In this document: positions 1 to 10,215 of the stretch, piece after piece
How the letters are laid out: each line of letters starts with the position of its first letter
How positions within the stretch are numbered: the first letter of the stretch is position 1
Assembly: GCA_019721075.1 (NCBI GenBank)
Contig: JAHEAD010000001.1
Span: 186,001-250,000 of the forward strand
Reading direction: 5' to 3'
Origin: Candidatus Sysuiplasma jiujiangense
GTDB taxonomy: Archaea; Thermoplasmatota; Thermoplasmata; Sysuiplasmatales; Sysuiplasmataceae
Length of the DNA stretch: 64,000 bases
Notes under the pieces: model-generated
Database searches by the model: none
Told to the model about the DNA's origin: nothing
What the model saw: the letters and a program-made list of their open reading frames with translations, nothing else
Translations under genes and position numbers: made by a program

Positions 1-706
1 CACATTGACGGGATCGGCATGGCAGTCAGCGGCGACAAAATGGTGTCTCTGGATATTCCGTTCGAATGAGAACGATGTGCTCGCCGTCATAACGGATTCG
101 AGGGGAAGGAAAGCCGTCAGGGAAGACATGTGGGATGGTTTTCATGGTCCTGCAGTTGTTGACGAATGGAGCACATACGGTAATCAGACTGCAATACAGA
201 GATGCTGGGCGCATCTGCTGAGGGAGGTCGCGCATTCAAAGAGGCATCTGAGCATGGCAGTGCGCTTTCAGAACGCATGCACACCATGTTCACCGAACTC
301 AACCGAACTCAAGAAATTGCAGGAGAGCAATCCTCCAATGAATGCCGGGGAAGATGCGAAGCAGAAGCCCGACGGCGTCATAGAGAAACTGGTCGAGGAA
401 TACAGTGAATACACGGAACTGTCAAAACCCGTCACTTACATACGCAACGGCCTCGGACACTGGTACACATGCCTCCTCTATCCGCGCATGGAGCCGACGA
501 ACAATCTGGGCGAGCAGGCAATAAGGGAGCATGTCCTCATACGCAAGATCACAGGAACATTCCGTTCAGAGAACGGATCACAGAACTACCAGTACATAGC
601 ATCGCTCCTCTCAACATGGAAACTCAAGGACATGAACATGTTCGAGGAGCTTGAGAAACTGATGAGGCAGCGGCTCTGTCTCTCGACAGGTACAGACCAT
701 GGATGA
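1..706 (+). pseudogene. IS66-family transposase (TnpC) remnant, truncated by the window edge and frameshifted near nt 40
   Basis: IS66 motifs QRCWAHLLRE and EPTNNLGEQAIR...GTFRSENG. The upstream HIDGIG (degenerate HxDET) lies in a different frame from WCLW. Confidence 0.8.
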
Positions 707-956
707 GATTATTGAGAAATATCGCGGCATATTTGATAAGGAGCTATGCAAATATATGCCGCATTTCCACATACATGATAGACTGACACAACCCGACACA
801 TTCCGTCATGCACCCGTATGCCCTCTACAGCTCTCACTGGAGGGATAAAGTACGCAATCGCAGTCCATTAAAAAATGACATTCGACGTAAAGACCTTGCG
901 GCAGCATAACGGTGTAATACTATATATCCATAAGATTGATCCCAAGGTCGGACAAC

Positions 957-1883
957 ATGGTTCGCGTTTTCACTTTGGGGATTTGCTCCGTTGACGAGTC
1001 TTCGGGGCTGGAACGACTCATTTCACTCATCAACGAGGAAACTCTTCCAGACAGCACTATAATCAGTGACATCGTGATTGTGGTTAGCGGTGATTCTGCC
1101 GATACTATCTCAGTCGCAATGAATGCCAAATCCAGATTCCAGAAAACGGTTATTGTTGAACATGAGAGGAAGGGAAAAGCAGATGCAATTAATCGGATAA
1201 TTGATGCCATGAAGGGGAAAAACCTTCTTCTGATTAATGCAGATGCTCTGCCGATGAAGGGTTCCATCGGATCAATAATGAAGGAATTTGCAGCTTCCAA
1301 TGTTGGGATGATGTGCGCAATGCCGGTGCCGGCTGATTCTGAATGCAGTTCTTTTGTCCGGGCATTATCAAGATTCACCTGGTCCCTTCACAATTCAACT
1401 ATGGAAACACTCCAGGACAGAGGCGGCATTATGCATCTCACCGACGAAATGATCGCAATAGCGGACAAGACCATAACTATGCTACCTGAAGGTACTGTGA
1501 ATGATGGAGCCTATCTCAGCACTTTGTGCCAGATTGGGGGAGAAAAGGTGTCGTATTCAAAAAGTGCCGTCGTTATGATTTCAATCCCCCGCACTGTTCA
1601 GGATTTCATTAAACAGCGAATCAGGATAATTTATGGTCACCTTCAAGTAAACAAATTGATTGGAGAATTTCCAGGAACCGCTGAGTTCGCAAGTTTGAAA
1701 AATCCCATGACTGGGGCCAGAATTCTTGTTGATTTTGCCAAGAGAAAACCACTTGAATCACTTCTTCTTCCGTCAGCCCTGTTTTTTGAATTTATTGCAA
1801 TAAAACACGCATTGAAAGAGATGAAGAGAAAGGAAAATCCACACAAAGTCTGGAAAAGGGTTTCAAGCGCCACTTGGAAGTGA
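957..1883 (+). CDS. Glycosyltransferase family 2
   Basis: GKADAIN, DxD-like INADALP, NDG, and QRIR (QxxRW-like) motifs. Start placed at ATG 957 of ORF 936..1883. Confidence 0.8.
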   Translation: MVRVFTLGICSVDESSGLERLISLINEETLPDSTIISDIVIVVSGDSADTISVAMNAKSRFQKTVIVEHERKGKADAINRIIDAMKGKNLLLINADALPMKGSIGSIMKEFAASNVGMMCAMPVPADSECSSFVRALSRFTWSLHNSTMETLQDRGGIMHLTDEMIAIADKTITMLPEGTVNDGAYLSTLCQIGGEKVSYSKSAVVMISIPRTVQDFIKQRIRIIYGHLQVNKLIGEFPGTAEFASLKNPMTGARILVDFAKRKPLESLLLPSALFFEFIAIKHALKEMKRKENPHKVWKRVSSATWK

Positions 1884-1887
1884 TAAA

Positions 1888-2811
1888 ATGACATCCGAGG
1901 CAACATTCAACCTTGAGCGGGCGAAGAATGAGGTTATGCAGGAACTGAAAAACTCGGCTTTTTGTGGATTCAGCTCAACAGTAGATTTTTTGCAGGAAAA
2001 GCTGGGCCCCGATGATGAAAAGTTCAAGAAGGTCTACCGGGACGCAATAAATTCACTTGTGGCACAGGGCAAACTTGTAATAAGGGAAGAAGAAATAACA
2101 CTAGCAGAAAGATTTGATATCCTTGGCAGCCGGAAGGAAAGCAGTAATCGTGCCAGGTATAGATACGATTTTGCATCGTCCTTTCTGAAAAATGTCCTGT
2201 CTTGCTCTACGGATGTCCTGACTGCTGGAATAAGTGGATCGGTATCCTATGATTCGGCTGGAGAAAACGATGATGTGGACATCATGGTAATTGCAAAGGA
2301 TGGAACCCTATGGACAGTACTCTGGAAACTTCTCCTTGAAGCGCGGAAGAAAAGAAAGCTATTTCCTGGCGGCCCCATAATCTGCCTGAGCTATTGCATG
2401 GAAGACACGCCGTTCAGGAAAGAGGCACAGAAGCACCGGACTCGCCTTTTTGCGAGTGATTTCCTCAACACTAAAGTTGTCATAGGAATGCCCTACTTCA
2501 AAGAGGTACTGAGGGACAACAGCTGGATGGCGGATTTCTATCCCCGGAGTTATGCACGTCTCGCAGGCAGAAACGTGGGTCTGTATTGTATGGAAAATCA
2601 GGCCGCTGCGTCAGTGAAAGGAAAGTGGAATGGCATCAAATATCTTGTGGCAGGGACATATCTCGGCATGTTCGCAAGAGGCAGAAATCTTCGCTTTTCT
2701 ATTAGCGGCATGAGTCGCTCCAAGTTTAAAGCGAACATAGCTGTAGACAGATGTATATATGAATCATCCAAATGGAATCACCTTGAGAAGCTCAGCAGTC
2801 AGAATGAATGA
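1888..2811 (+). CDS. Nucleotidyltransferase-domain protein (Pol-beta superfamily) with an N-terminal helical/wHTH-like region
   Basis: GISGSVS...DDVDIMVI matches the hG[GS]x9-13DhD motif. Starts 4 nt after the GT2 stop. Confidence 0.7.
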   Translation: MTSEATFNLERAKNEVMQELKNSAFCGFSSTVDFLQEKLGPDDEKFKKVYRDAINSLVAQGKLVIREEEITLAERFDILGSRKESSNRARYRYDFASSFLKNVLSCSTDVLTAGISGSVSYDSAGENDDVDIMVIAKDGTLWTVLWKLLLEARKKRKLFPGGPIICLSYCMEDTPFRKEAQKHRTRLFASDFLNTKVVIGMPYFKEVLRDNSWMADFYPRSYARLAGRNVGLYCMENQAAASVKGKWNGIKYLVAGTYLGMFARGRNLRFSISGMSRSKFKANIAVDRCIYESSKWNHLEKLSSQNE

Positions 2812-2883
2812 TTTATTCCTTGGAATACATTCATTTGAGTATATTTTTGACTAATTACTGATTAATTGACTGACTTTATTGCT

Positions 2884-2897
2884 GAAAACCTTAAATA
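2884..2897 (+). promoter_or_regulatory. Putative BRE/TATA promoter for glnA
   Basis: GAAAACCTTAAATA about 45 nt upstream of the proposed TTG start. Confidence 0.45.
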
Positions 2898-2940
2898 TGA
2901 TTTCATCAAGTTCCATTCCGTAGACGGAGGCTGTCGTTGT

Positions 2941-4392
2941 TTGAATAAACGGGAATTTTCTGCGCAGAATGTGATTGAGTCTGTTTCAAAAGAAGGTGTA
3001 AAATGGATAGATCTGCAGTTCACTGATCTTCTTGGCGGACTGCAGCATATAACAATACCATCTTCTGCCCTGACAGACAAGAGCTTTTTGAAAGGGGTAA
3101 ACAAACTCGACGGCTCTTCAATAAAGGGATTCAAGGAGATTCACGAATCTGACATGGTAATGAGACCTGACCCATCGACATATGCTGTCCTGCCTTTCTT
3201 CAAGGATGATCAAAAAACAGCAAGACTCCTTGTGGATATTTATGAAGGTGGCTCAAATGAGAGATTCAGCAGGGATCCCAGGTATGTTGCCCAGAAAGCA
3301 GTTGATTATGCAAGAATTAACGGATACGACGCAACTTACTGGGGCCCGGAGCCTGAGTTTTTTGTTTTTGACGGCATTAAAGTAACACCTACCCCTCTGA
3401 GCGCAAGAGACGGCTGGGGAGGTTCAGGGTATGAGATCATATCCAAAGAAGCTCCGTGGTACAACGACAGCGGTAAGCAATTTCCGATTAGATTCAAAGA
3501 AGGCTATTATCCTGCGCCCCCGCAGGATACGCTCGTTGATTTCAGAAACGAAGCTGCCGGAATACTCACAAATACCTTCGGAATGGAGGTTGATGCGCAC
3601 CACCACGAAGTTGCGACTGCAGGGCAATGCGAGTTAAATCTGCACTTTGATGAACTCGTCAGAATGGCGGACAACGTAATAACTATGAAATATGTTCTCA
3701 AGAACGTTGCAAAGAATATGGGAATGATTTGTACCTGGATGCCAAAACCGGTATTCGGTGACAATGCCTCTGGAATGCACGTTCACCAGAGTCTGTGGAG
3801 CTCAAGCAAAAATGCATTCTATGATCCTTCCGACGATTACGCAGAGATAAGTCAGAGTTGCAGATACTATATCGGCGGACTCATGGATCATGCCAGGGCT
3901 CTGTGTGCAATAACAAATCCGACTACAAATTCATACAGAAGGCTCGTGCCGGGATACGAGGCACCTGTATTTATTGCTTGGAGCAAGCGCAACAGATCTG
4001 CCAACATAAGGATACCCATGTATGAGAGAGGGGAAGAGAAGAGCAAAAGACTCGAATACAGGACTCCTGACCCAAGTTCAAATATTTACCTTGCAGAAGC
4101 GGCGATGCTTGCTGCTGGTATCGACGGCATAAAAAAGAAGATTGATCCGGGCAATCCTGTGGACAGGGACATTTACAAATTGACTCAGATGGACAGGAGG
4201 GAACTCGGAATCAAGGAATTGCCAGGGAGCCTGAAGGAGAGCCTAGATGAGCTTGAATCTGACCATGACTTCCTGTTGCCGGTTTTCTCCAAGGATCTCA
4301 TTGAGAGGCACATTGAACTGAAAATGGAAGAGTTTCTCAATGTATCCATACGGACAACACCCTATGAGGTTTACAGGTATATGGATATCTGA
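2941..4392 (+). CDS. glnA: Glutamine synthetase type I
   Basis: DGSSIKGF, GPEPEFF, HHHEVATAGQCE, MPKP..GDNASGMHVHQSL, NRSANIRIP and RLEYRTPD motifs. TTG 2941 follows GGAGG; the ORF track start at 2866 is probably too far upstream. Confidence 0.96.
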   Translation: MNKREFSAQNVIESVSKEGVKWIDLQFTDLLGGLQHITIPSSALTDKSFLKGVNKLDGSSIKGFKEIHESDMVMRPDPSTYAVLPFFKDDQKTARLLVDIYEGGSNERFSRDPRYVAQKAVDYARINGYDATYWGPEPEFFVFDGIKVTPTPLSARDGWGGSGYEIISKEAPWYNDSGKQFPIRFKEGYYPAPPQDTLVDFRNEAAGILTNTFGMEVDAHHHEVATAGQCELNLHFDELVRMADNVITMKYVLKNVAKNMGMICTWMPKPVFGDNASGMHVHQSLWSSSKNAFYDPSDDYAEISQSCRYYIGGLMDHARALCAITNPTTNSYRRLVPGYEAPVFIAWSKRNRSANIRIPMYERGEEKSKRLEYRTPDPSSNIYLAEAAMLAAGIDGIKKKIDPGNPVDRDIYKLTQMDRRELGIKELPGSLKESLDELESDHDFLLPVFSKDLIERHIELKMEEFLNVSIRTTPYEVYRYMDI

Positions 4393-4471
4393 TGCTTCAT
4401 TCGTGATCACTTGTTCCCTTTCAATAACGGACTGCATACGGTTAAATAGGAAGGTTATGGCTTTTTGACTC

Positions 4472-5233
4472 GTGAGTCCGGAAGAGACACCACTTTCAGT
4501 AGAATCACTGACAATCAGATATGGAGACAAAACCGCTGTCGAAGATTTGTCATTCGAGGTGAAGGAGGGACAGATATTTGGCCTCCTCGGCCCAAACGGC
4601 GCGGGTAAAACATCCACGCTCAAAGCGGTACTTGGGCTAGTGGAAAGGAAAGCGGGCAGGGCACTTGTTTATGGACGGGATGTTTCAGATGACCCTACAT
4701 ATGTTAAAAACAAAATAGGAACCGTTCTGGAAAGCCCGATACTGTTCGATTCACTTACACCAAATGAATTCATGGAATTCGTAGCATCAATAAGGAAGGT
4801 GAGTAATGAAAACAGAATCAGGCAGCTTGTAAATGCATTCGGTCTGGAAGAATACATGGAGACGCCAATTGCCAGTCTGTCTATGGGCAACAGACAGAAG
4901 ACAACCATAATAGCTGCATTGATGTCTGAACCACAGTTGCTCCTGCTTGATGAACCGTTCAACGGTCTTGATATCAGATCTGTTAAGATATTCAGGGAAC
5001 TCATAATAAACCATATCAGAAAGGGAAATTCAGTGCTCTTTTCAACTCACATACTCGACGTTGCTGAAAAGATGTGTGACGAAGTGGGAATTATTGACGG
5101 GGGGAGGATGATTGAGCATGGAACCGTGGATGAACTTAGAGGGAGACTGAAAGGATCAAGCCTGGAGGATGTGTTTCTCAAGGCGACAAAAATGGATGAG
5201 GAGATCGAAGCAATTTTGCGTGGGCTGGAGTGA
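4472..5233 (+). CDS. ABC transporter ATP-binding protein (exporter type)
   Basis: Walker A GPNGAGKTS, signature LSMGNRQ, Walker B LLLLDEP, H-loop STH. Confidence 0.93.
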   Translation: MSPEETPLSVESLTIRYGDKTAVEDLSFEVKEGQIFGLLGPNGAGKTSTLKAVLGLVERKAGRALVYGRDVSDDPTYVKNKIGTVLESPILFDSLTPNEFMEFVASIRKVSNENRIRQLVNAFGLEEYMETPIASLSMGNRQKTTIIAALMSEPQLLLLDEPFNGLDIRSVKIFRELIINHIRKGNSVLFSTHILDVAEKMCDEVGIIDGGRMIEHGTVDELRGRLKGSSLEDVFLKATKMDEEIEAILRGLE

Positions 5234-6777
5234 TCCGGTTGATCGGTGCAGGACCTGAAATTGAATTATCGCCGAATGTCAGAAGGCGTATAGTCTCTAG
5301 GATCTACGGGGAAATTGTTTTCCATGGATATACAGGAATGGGCATTACAGGGATGCCAGTAAAAAATGCAGGAAAGATGATCGCAAGTGCAGCCGTTTAC
5401 AAGTATGTCTTGACAGTGTTTGTAGCTGTTGCAATGTCGCTGCTGGTAGCATATGCTGCAATAGGCGGTGCTTATAACAAGTCGATATTCCCCGTGTCCG
5501 TACTTGTCTGGACTATGCTTATATCTTTGGTCACGGCAATGCAACTTTCTTATGGTGCTTCAGGGAGCGGAAACATCAGAAATTTTCTCTCGACTATGCC
5601 ATTGAGCAGGAAAGTGGCTTCAAGACTTGCGGCAACAGCCATGATAAAGACAATAGATTTGCCGCTGACCTCTTCGTTGCTGATAATTGTGCTATCGTTT
5701 TTCGTACTCGGCTTTTACGGCATGCTTGCCGGATTCCTCGCACTGATGACCGGCTTCTCAGTATTCCTGATAACAGCCTCACTCACAACAAAAATTTTCA
5801 GGAGCATACATGTGGATAACAGGATAAGCCTGCTTGTAAGGCTCCTTTCATCACTTCCTATAATTTTCTTTATAGCAGTTCCTACCGTACTTTTCAGACT
5901 TGACATAAGCCTTGACAGTACTGAAATAATGTATATTCCGATACTGAGCCTTGCAGGTGTTATGGACGGCTACTTCAGCTCCATAATAGTGTCGTCCATT
6001 TTCGGTATCGCACTGACAGTTTATGGTTCTCACCTGTTTGGAAGAAGTGCGATTCAATTAATTTCGCCTAATGAACTTGTCGGAAAAACAGCCGGACGAT
6101 TGAGACTTAAAATAAGAAGTCCTCTTGTATCGCTCATAATCACGGATTTGAGACAGGTTTTACGCTCTCCCAGGCTGGCAGGCCTTTTTTTCATCCCGTT
6201 TGTCCTGATGGTCGTTGTCGTATTTTACTTCACATCATCTTTCAATGGGCGCTTCATTATACCGTTTCCCGTGTTCTATACCGAAGACATATTACCAATG
6301 GCTCTGGTCAGTTCTTACATAGCATATGTTCTCTATATGACAGAACTTAAGGGACTGGCATACTTCAAGATGCTCTCTGTGTCTAAATATCTGAATCTTG
6401 CAGCAAAGCTTGTGGTGTCGCTTGCGCTGTACGCTGTATCGGCCGTCGTTCTGACAACGATATTGATTATTTCCGGAAAGGGGGAAAACTACATTACAGC
6501 GATCTATACACTGTTTTTTCCGCTGCTTGCGTCTGTTATTTTTACATCTGTCTATTTCCAGAACGCTGTGAGAGAGACGAAATTCGGCATAAGTAATCCT
6601 TCATCATACATGGTTTATGCCATTACGAATCTTGCAGTTTTTGCTGTTCCTGCGGGAGCATTCCTGGCAGCCTTCCTTCTTTCCGGAAACCAGATGTTCG
6701 CAGGACTGTCAATAGCGCTGGTTTCGTCAGTTGAAGCGGTCATAATGATGGTTTTGCTGTCCTTTGCCCCCGAATGA
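5230..6777 (+). CDS. ABC exporter permease (about 12 TM)
   Basis: Many hydrophobic segments in two halves; GTGA overlap with the ATPase gene. Confidence 0.75.
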   Translation: MIRLIGAGPEIELSPNVRRRIVSRIYGEIVFHGYTGMGITGMPVKNAGKMIASAAVYKYVLTVFVAVAMSLLVAYAAIGGAYNKSIFPVSVLVWTMLISLVTAMQLSYGASGSGNIRNFLSTMPLSRKVASRLAATAMIKTIDLPLTSSLLIIVLSFFVLGFYGMLAGFLALMTGFSVFLITASLTTKIFRSIHVDNRISLLVRLLSSLPIIFFIAVPTVLFRLDISLDSTEIMYIPILSLAGVMDGYFSSIIVSSIFGIALTVYGSHLFGRSAIQLISPNELVGKTAGRLRLKIRSPLVSLIITDLRQVLRSPRLAGLFFIPFVLMVVVVFYFTSSFNGRFIIPFPVFYTEDILPMALVSSYIAYVLYMTELKGLAYFKMLSVSKYLNLAAKLVVSLALYAVSAVVLTTILIISGKGENYITAIYTLFFPLLASVIFTSVYFQNAVRETKFGISNPSSYMVYAITNLAVFAVPAGAFLAAFLLSGNQMFAGLSIALVSSVEAVIMMVLLSFAPE

Positions 6778-6822
6778 TGATTGAAGAGAACACTTTTTAA
6801 AGGAATAGTAAAATCAACGTGT

Positions 6823-7185
6823 GTGTACAGGCGCGAAACCCTTGAGGCCAGAAGAATAGCGAAGGAGAGAATTGAGAAACTCTTCACACTCGCAGAAAGC
6901 ACAGCTTCGGAAGGAGACAGGGAGAGAAGCAGGAAATACGTGCTTCTTGCGAGGAGGATAGGCATGAAACTGGACATACCCGTTGGACACAGGAAGGAAT
7001 TTTGCAGAGAGTGCAGCAGTTATCTGCTGCCTGGCAGGAACTGCAGGATTAGGATTTCAAACAGAAGACTTGCGATAACCTGCCTGGAATGTGGTAAAAT
7101 TTCCCGATTCCCCTTTTCCAGGAAACAGAAGAATGACAGAGTTAATGCCTGTGAGACTGTTAAAGGACAAGTGATATTACGATAG
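6823..7185 (+). CDS. rnp4: RNase P protein component 4 (Rpp21)
   Basis: IAKERIEKLF...RKYVLLARRIGMK and Zn ribbon FCRECSSYLLPG...ITCLECG. GTG 6823 lies about 25-30 nt after a TTTTTAAA box. Confidence 0.9.
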   Translation: MYRRETLEARRIAKERIEKLFTLAESTASEGDRERSRKYVLLARRIGMKLDIPVGHRKEFCRECSSYLLPGRNCRIRISNRRLAITCLECGKISRFPFSRKQKNDRVNACETVKGQVILR

Positions 7186-7421
7186 ACAGAAAAGAACGTG
7201 CAGAGGCACACCGTCTGAAAGCTACGATACAGGTAGGCAAAAGAGGGGTTACAGAAGACTCGATAAGGGAAACGATTTCGCAGATAAAGAAGAGGGGGAT
7301 GGTAAAGGTTAAATTCAACAGCAGTTCCGAAGAAATAGATTCGTTCATCGATTCCATAAGTGAAAATGCAACTCTCGTGATGAGAAGAGGTAGAACCATC
7401 GTGTTCAGAAAAATGAGGTAA
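7182..7421 (+). CDS. yhbY: YhbY/CRM-domain RNA-binding protein (missing from the ORF track; non-canonical start)
   Basis: Manual translation gives IDRKERAEAHRLKATIQVGKRGVTEDSIRETISQIKKRGMVKVKF...LVMRRGRTIVFRKMR*, with the CRM GKxG and vKvK motifs. It fills the rnp4-serS gap exactly. Confidence 0.85.
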   Translation: MDRKERAEAHRLKATIQVGKRGVTEDSIRETISQIKKRGMVKVKFNSSSEEIDSFIDSISENATLVMRRGRTIVFRKMR

Positions 7422-7426
7422 TCAGG

Positions 7427-8692
7427 ATGTTAGATGCTCGACTCATAAGAGAAAACAGGAAGCTTGTGATTGACTCGTTCATAAACAGAAACAGGGATAC
7501 ATCAATTCTGGACAGATTCGATGATATCGACAGAGCCTGGAAAAAAGCGGTTGACAGGCGAAATGCGATTAATAGAATTAGAAATGAAAGCGCAATAGCG
7601 ATTTCGAAACTTACTGGCATCGAGAGGGAAAAGGAGATTGAAGAAGCAAAAGGAATTGCAGCGGAGCTTAAGCATGTCAGCGATGAAATTCAAAAACTCG
7701 AAAAGGAGAGAGAAGAACTGCTTCTCTATTTTCCAAATATACCAGCAGTAAATACTCCTGTAGGCAAAAGCGAAGAAGAGAACGTAATAGTCGGCATGCC
7801 CATTGAGCCTAGGAGGTTTAGTTTCAAACCGCTACCCCATTATGAACTTTGTGAACGACTCAATATGCTTGATATGAAAAGGGGTGCAAAAATAACGGGA
7901 AGTGGATTCTATGTCCTGGAGGGTGAAGGGGCTAGACTGGAACGGGCGCTTATCAATTACATGATGGACATGCACAGAAGGCAGGGATATACAGAGGTTC
8001 AGGTTCCCGTAATTGTGAGGTCGAAATGCGCGCTTGGTACAGGTACGCTACCTGAAAAGAAGGATGACATGTACTGGGTAGAAGGTGAAGATCTCCTGCT
8101 GAATCCCACTGCAGAAGTACCGGTAACCAATCTGTTAAGTGAGGAGATACTCTCTAAGGAGGAGCTGCCGGTATACTATACCGCTTATCTTCGTTCCTTT
8201 AGAAAGGAGGCCGGAAAGCATGTGGATCTCAAAGGCATAGGGAGGGTGCACGAGTTTAACAAAGTTGAACTCGTAAAATTTGTCGAACCGGAAGCCAGGA
8301 TGGAGGAATTGCGGAAACTGCTGAACGATGCAGAGGAAGTGGTAAAGGGATTGAATCTGCCATACAGGATCAAGCACCTCTGTACCGGCGATCTCGGTTT
8401 CTCAAACGAGGAGACTTTTGACATAGAAGTTTATGCGCCTGGTGTTGACAACTGGCTTGAAGTCTCTTCCTGCAGTTCGTTCGGGGATTTTCAGGCAAGG
8501 AGGGCACATATAAAGTACAGGAAGGCGCCCCATCTAAAGAGCGAGTTTGTAGCCACACTGAACGGTTCAGGCCTTGCGCTGCCAAGGACCTTCATCGGGG
8601 TGGTGGAGAATTACCAGCTGGAAGACGGGAGAATTGAGATACCGGATGTTCTCAGGCCTTATATGGGCAATGAAAGAGTGATTTCTCAGTGA
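7427..8692 (+). CDS. serS: Seryl-tRNA synthetase (standard/bacterial type)
   Basis: N-terminal coiled coil, LNPTAEVP, motif 2 FRKEAG...RVHEFNKVE, EVSSCS, motif 3 TLNGSGLALPR. Confidence 0.97.
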   Translation: MLDARLIRENRKLVIDSFINRNRDTSILDRFDDIDRAWKKAVDRRNAINRIRNESAIAISKLTGIEREKEIEEAKGIAAELKHVSDEIQKLEKEREELLLYFPNIPAVNTPVGKSEEENVIVGMPIEPRRFSFKPLPHYELCERLNMLDMKRGAKITGSGFYVLEGEGARLERALINYMMDMHRRQGYTEVQVPVIVRSKCALGTGTLPEKKDDMYWVEGEDLLLNPTAEVPVTNLLSEEILSKEELPVYYTAYLRSFRKEAGKHVDLKGIGRVHEFNKVELVKFVEPEARMEELRKLLNDAEEVVKGLNLPYRIKHLCTGDLGFSNEETFDIEVYAPGVDNWLEVSSCSSFGDFQARRAHIKYRKAPHLKSEFVATLNGSGLALPRTFIGVVENYQLEDGRIEIPDVLRPYMGNERVISQ

Positions 8693-8791
8693 TTTCTCTG
8701 AAGTAAAACCCGTAGTGATAAATATAAGAACAATGAAGCTTCATTTACCCTTTATTCAGGCACAAATATTTCCTGAAAGTTTGGTGTCCAT

Positions 8792-9256
8792 ATGGAGGAA
8801 GTGGTAGAGATCATTGCCTGTCCGGTATGCAACCAGGAAGTTACGTTAGAGGATGCTTCTTGCCCGCATTGTGGCGCAGAATTCGCCCCTGGAGTGGTAA
8901 ACGACACAAAGATCGGTGGTAAAATGAAAACAGAGGCAGCAGACAGATCTGCCGGAAGATTGAGTCCTACAAAACCGATTGTCTCCACCGGAGTCCAGAC
9001 AATCCTTCTGGGTGCAACTTACCTTTTCGGCTATGCATCCATACTTGCCGGGAATTACATCTCACACGGCGGACTCCTAAACAACAGCTACATGACGATA
9101 CTAGTAGCATTCGGCGTGATAACAATCGCATTTGCTTTCATCGCAGCATTGCTGTTTGGCAGACTCGGGGGAGCGGTAAATTACAGGATCAACATACCTA
9201 TGATGATTGGTTTTCTGCTTCTTCTGCCGCCGCTCCTATTTATATTCAGGTGGTAA
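8792..9256 (+). CDS. Zinc-ribbon plus 3-TM membrane protein
   Basis: N-terminal CPVC...CPHC followed by three hydrophobic helices. Confidence 0.7.
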   Translation: MEEVVEIIACPVCNQEVTLEDASCPHCGAEFAPGVVNDTKIGGKMKTEAADRSAGRLSPTKPIVSTGVQTILLGATYLFGYASILAGNYISHGGLLNNSYMTILVAFGVITIAFAFIAALLFGRLGGAVNYRINIPMMIGFLLLLPPLLFIFRW

Positions 9257-9259
9257 AAC

Positions 9260-9919
9260 CTAGGCGTTTCCTTCTTCGGTTGACGTTTGCGTTGTTGCCG
9301 GCGGCTCTCTGCGTGTGGCCTGCATTATCATCCTCTTTTTCCTGGATATGCGGATAAATTGTGAAATTATACCGATGACAACAACTGCAAAAGAAATTTC
9401 CGTTGCATACTGTCCGAATCTTATATCCACCAGCCCATAATCCACAAGTAAACCGCCGGCAATCGAGGTAAAGACAGCTACCAGGTCTTTGAAATAGATT
9501 ATACAGATTATGAAAACCACTATTGCAACAATCAATGCAACGGCAAAGGGAAAAGTGGCTCCCTGAGAACGGCTGCTGAACACTCCTCCCGAAACACCGA
9601 AAAGATAGAGCACAAAAATCATAGTGAAATATGCGATCAGCAGAGAGATGCCGGCTTCAGCTATGTAGTAGAAAAGTATGGCGCCTATGAGTGCGCCTAT
9701 AAATCCTACAAGGAGACCGCCTAAAAGGCCAGCGATCAGTGTACCAAACGAGAGACCTATGACACCGCCAAGAACCGCTCCGATAAGGGTAGTAAGCGGC
9801 CTCCAGAGCTCTTCTCCAACAAAGGCGAGAATAAGGCCTATTATTATGGCGATGAAACCCACATAAGGATAGACTGAGTGAGGTATAGAGGGAACAACGG
9901 AATATAGCTGATTCAGCAT
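9260..9919 (-). CDS. Gly-rich multi-pass membrane protein (DUF4203/TMEM198-like)
   Basis: About 7 TM segments, GLILAFVG motif, basic C-terminal tail. Confidence 0.65.
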   Translation of the reverse strand: MLNQLYSVVPSIPHSVYPYVGFIAIIIGLILAFVGEELWRPLTTLIGAVLGGVIGLSFGTLIAGLLGGLLVGFIGALIGAILFYYIAEAGISLLIAYFTMIFVLYLFGVSGGVFSSRSQGATFPFAVALIVAIVVFIICIIYFKDLVAVFTSIAGGLLVDYGLVDIRFGQYATEISFAVVVIGIISQFIRISRKKRMIMQATRREPPATTQTSTEEGNA

Positions 9920-10002
9920 AAATGCAGATCACATCACAATGGTATAACTACTTTATTTAACAGAAATCAAACATGCTGACAACCACCTGGCATCATTTCA
10001 GC

Positions 10003-10030
10003 AAAAAAATGGAAAGGGGTCTTTGGACCC
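10003..10030 (-). terminator. Hairpin plus U-tract downstream of the DUF5679 gene
   Basis: Minus strand reads GGGTC-CAAA-GACCC then CTTTCCATTTTTTT. Confidence 0.55.
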
Positions 10031-10056
10031 GGTTTAATTTATGAATGTTAAACAAT

Positions 10057-10215
10057 TTATTTCCCAATTCTGAATACCTTTGTACCGCAGTTAGGACATG
10101 TGCCCTTTGTTGCAGGCTTCCCATTCTTTAGCTTTGTCTTAACCGGGTTCTTGACTTCAACCGACTTCTTGCACTTTACACAATATGCTTTGACTTTATC
10201 AGGCGTGGATTCCAC
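10057..10215 (-). CDS. Small basic DUF5679-type Zn-ribbon protein (Cren7-like)
   Basis: AYCVKCKK...KLKNGKPATKGTCPNCGTKVFRIG. GTG 10215 lies 30 nt after the first T of TTTATAAT, suggesting a leaderless transcript. Confidence 0.8.
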   Translation of the reverse strand: MESTPDKVKAYCVKCKKSVEVKNPVKTKLKNGKPATKGTCPNCGTKVFRIGK

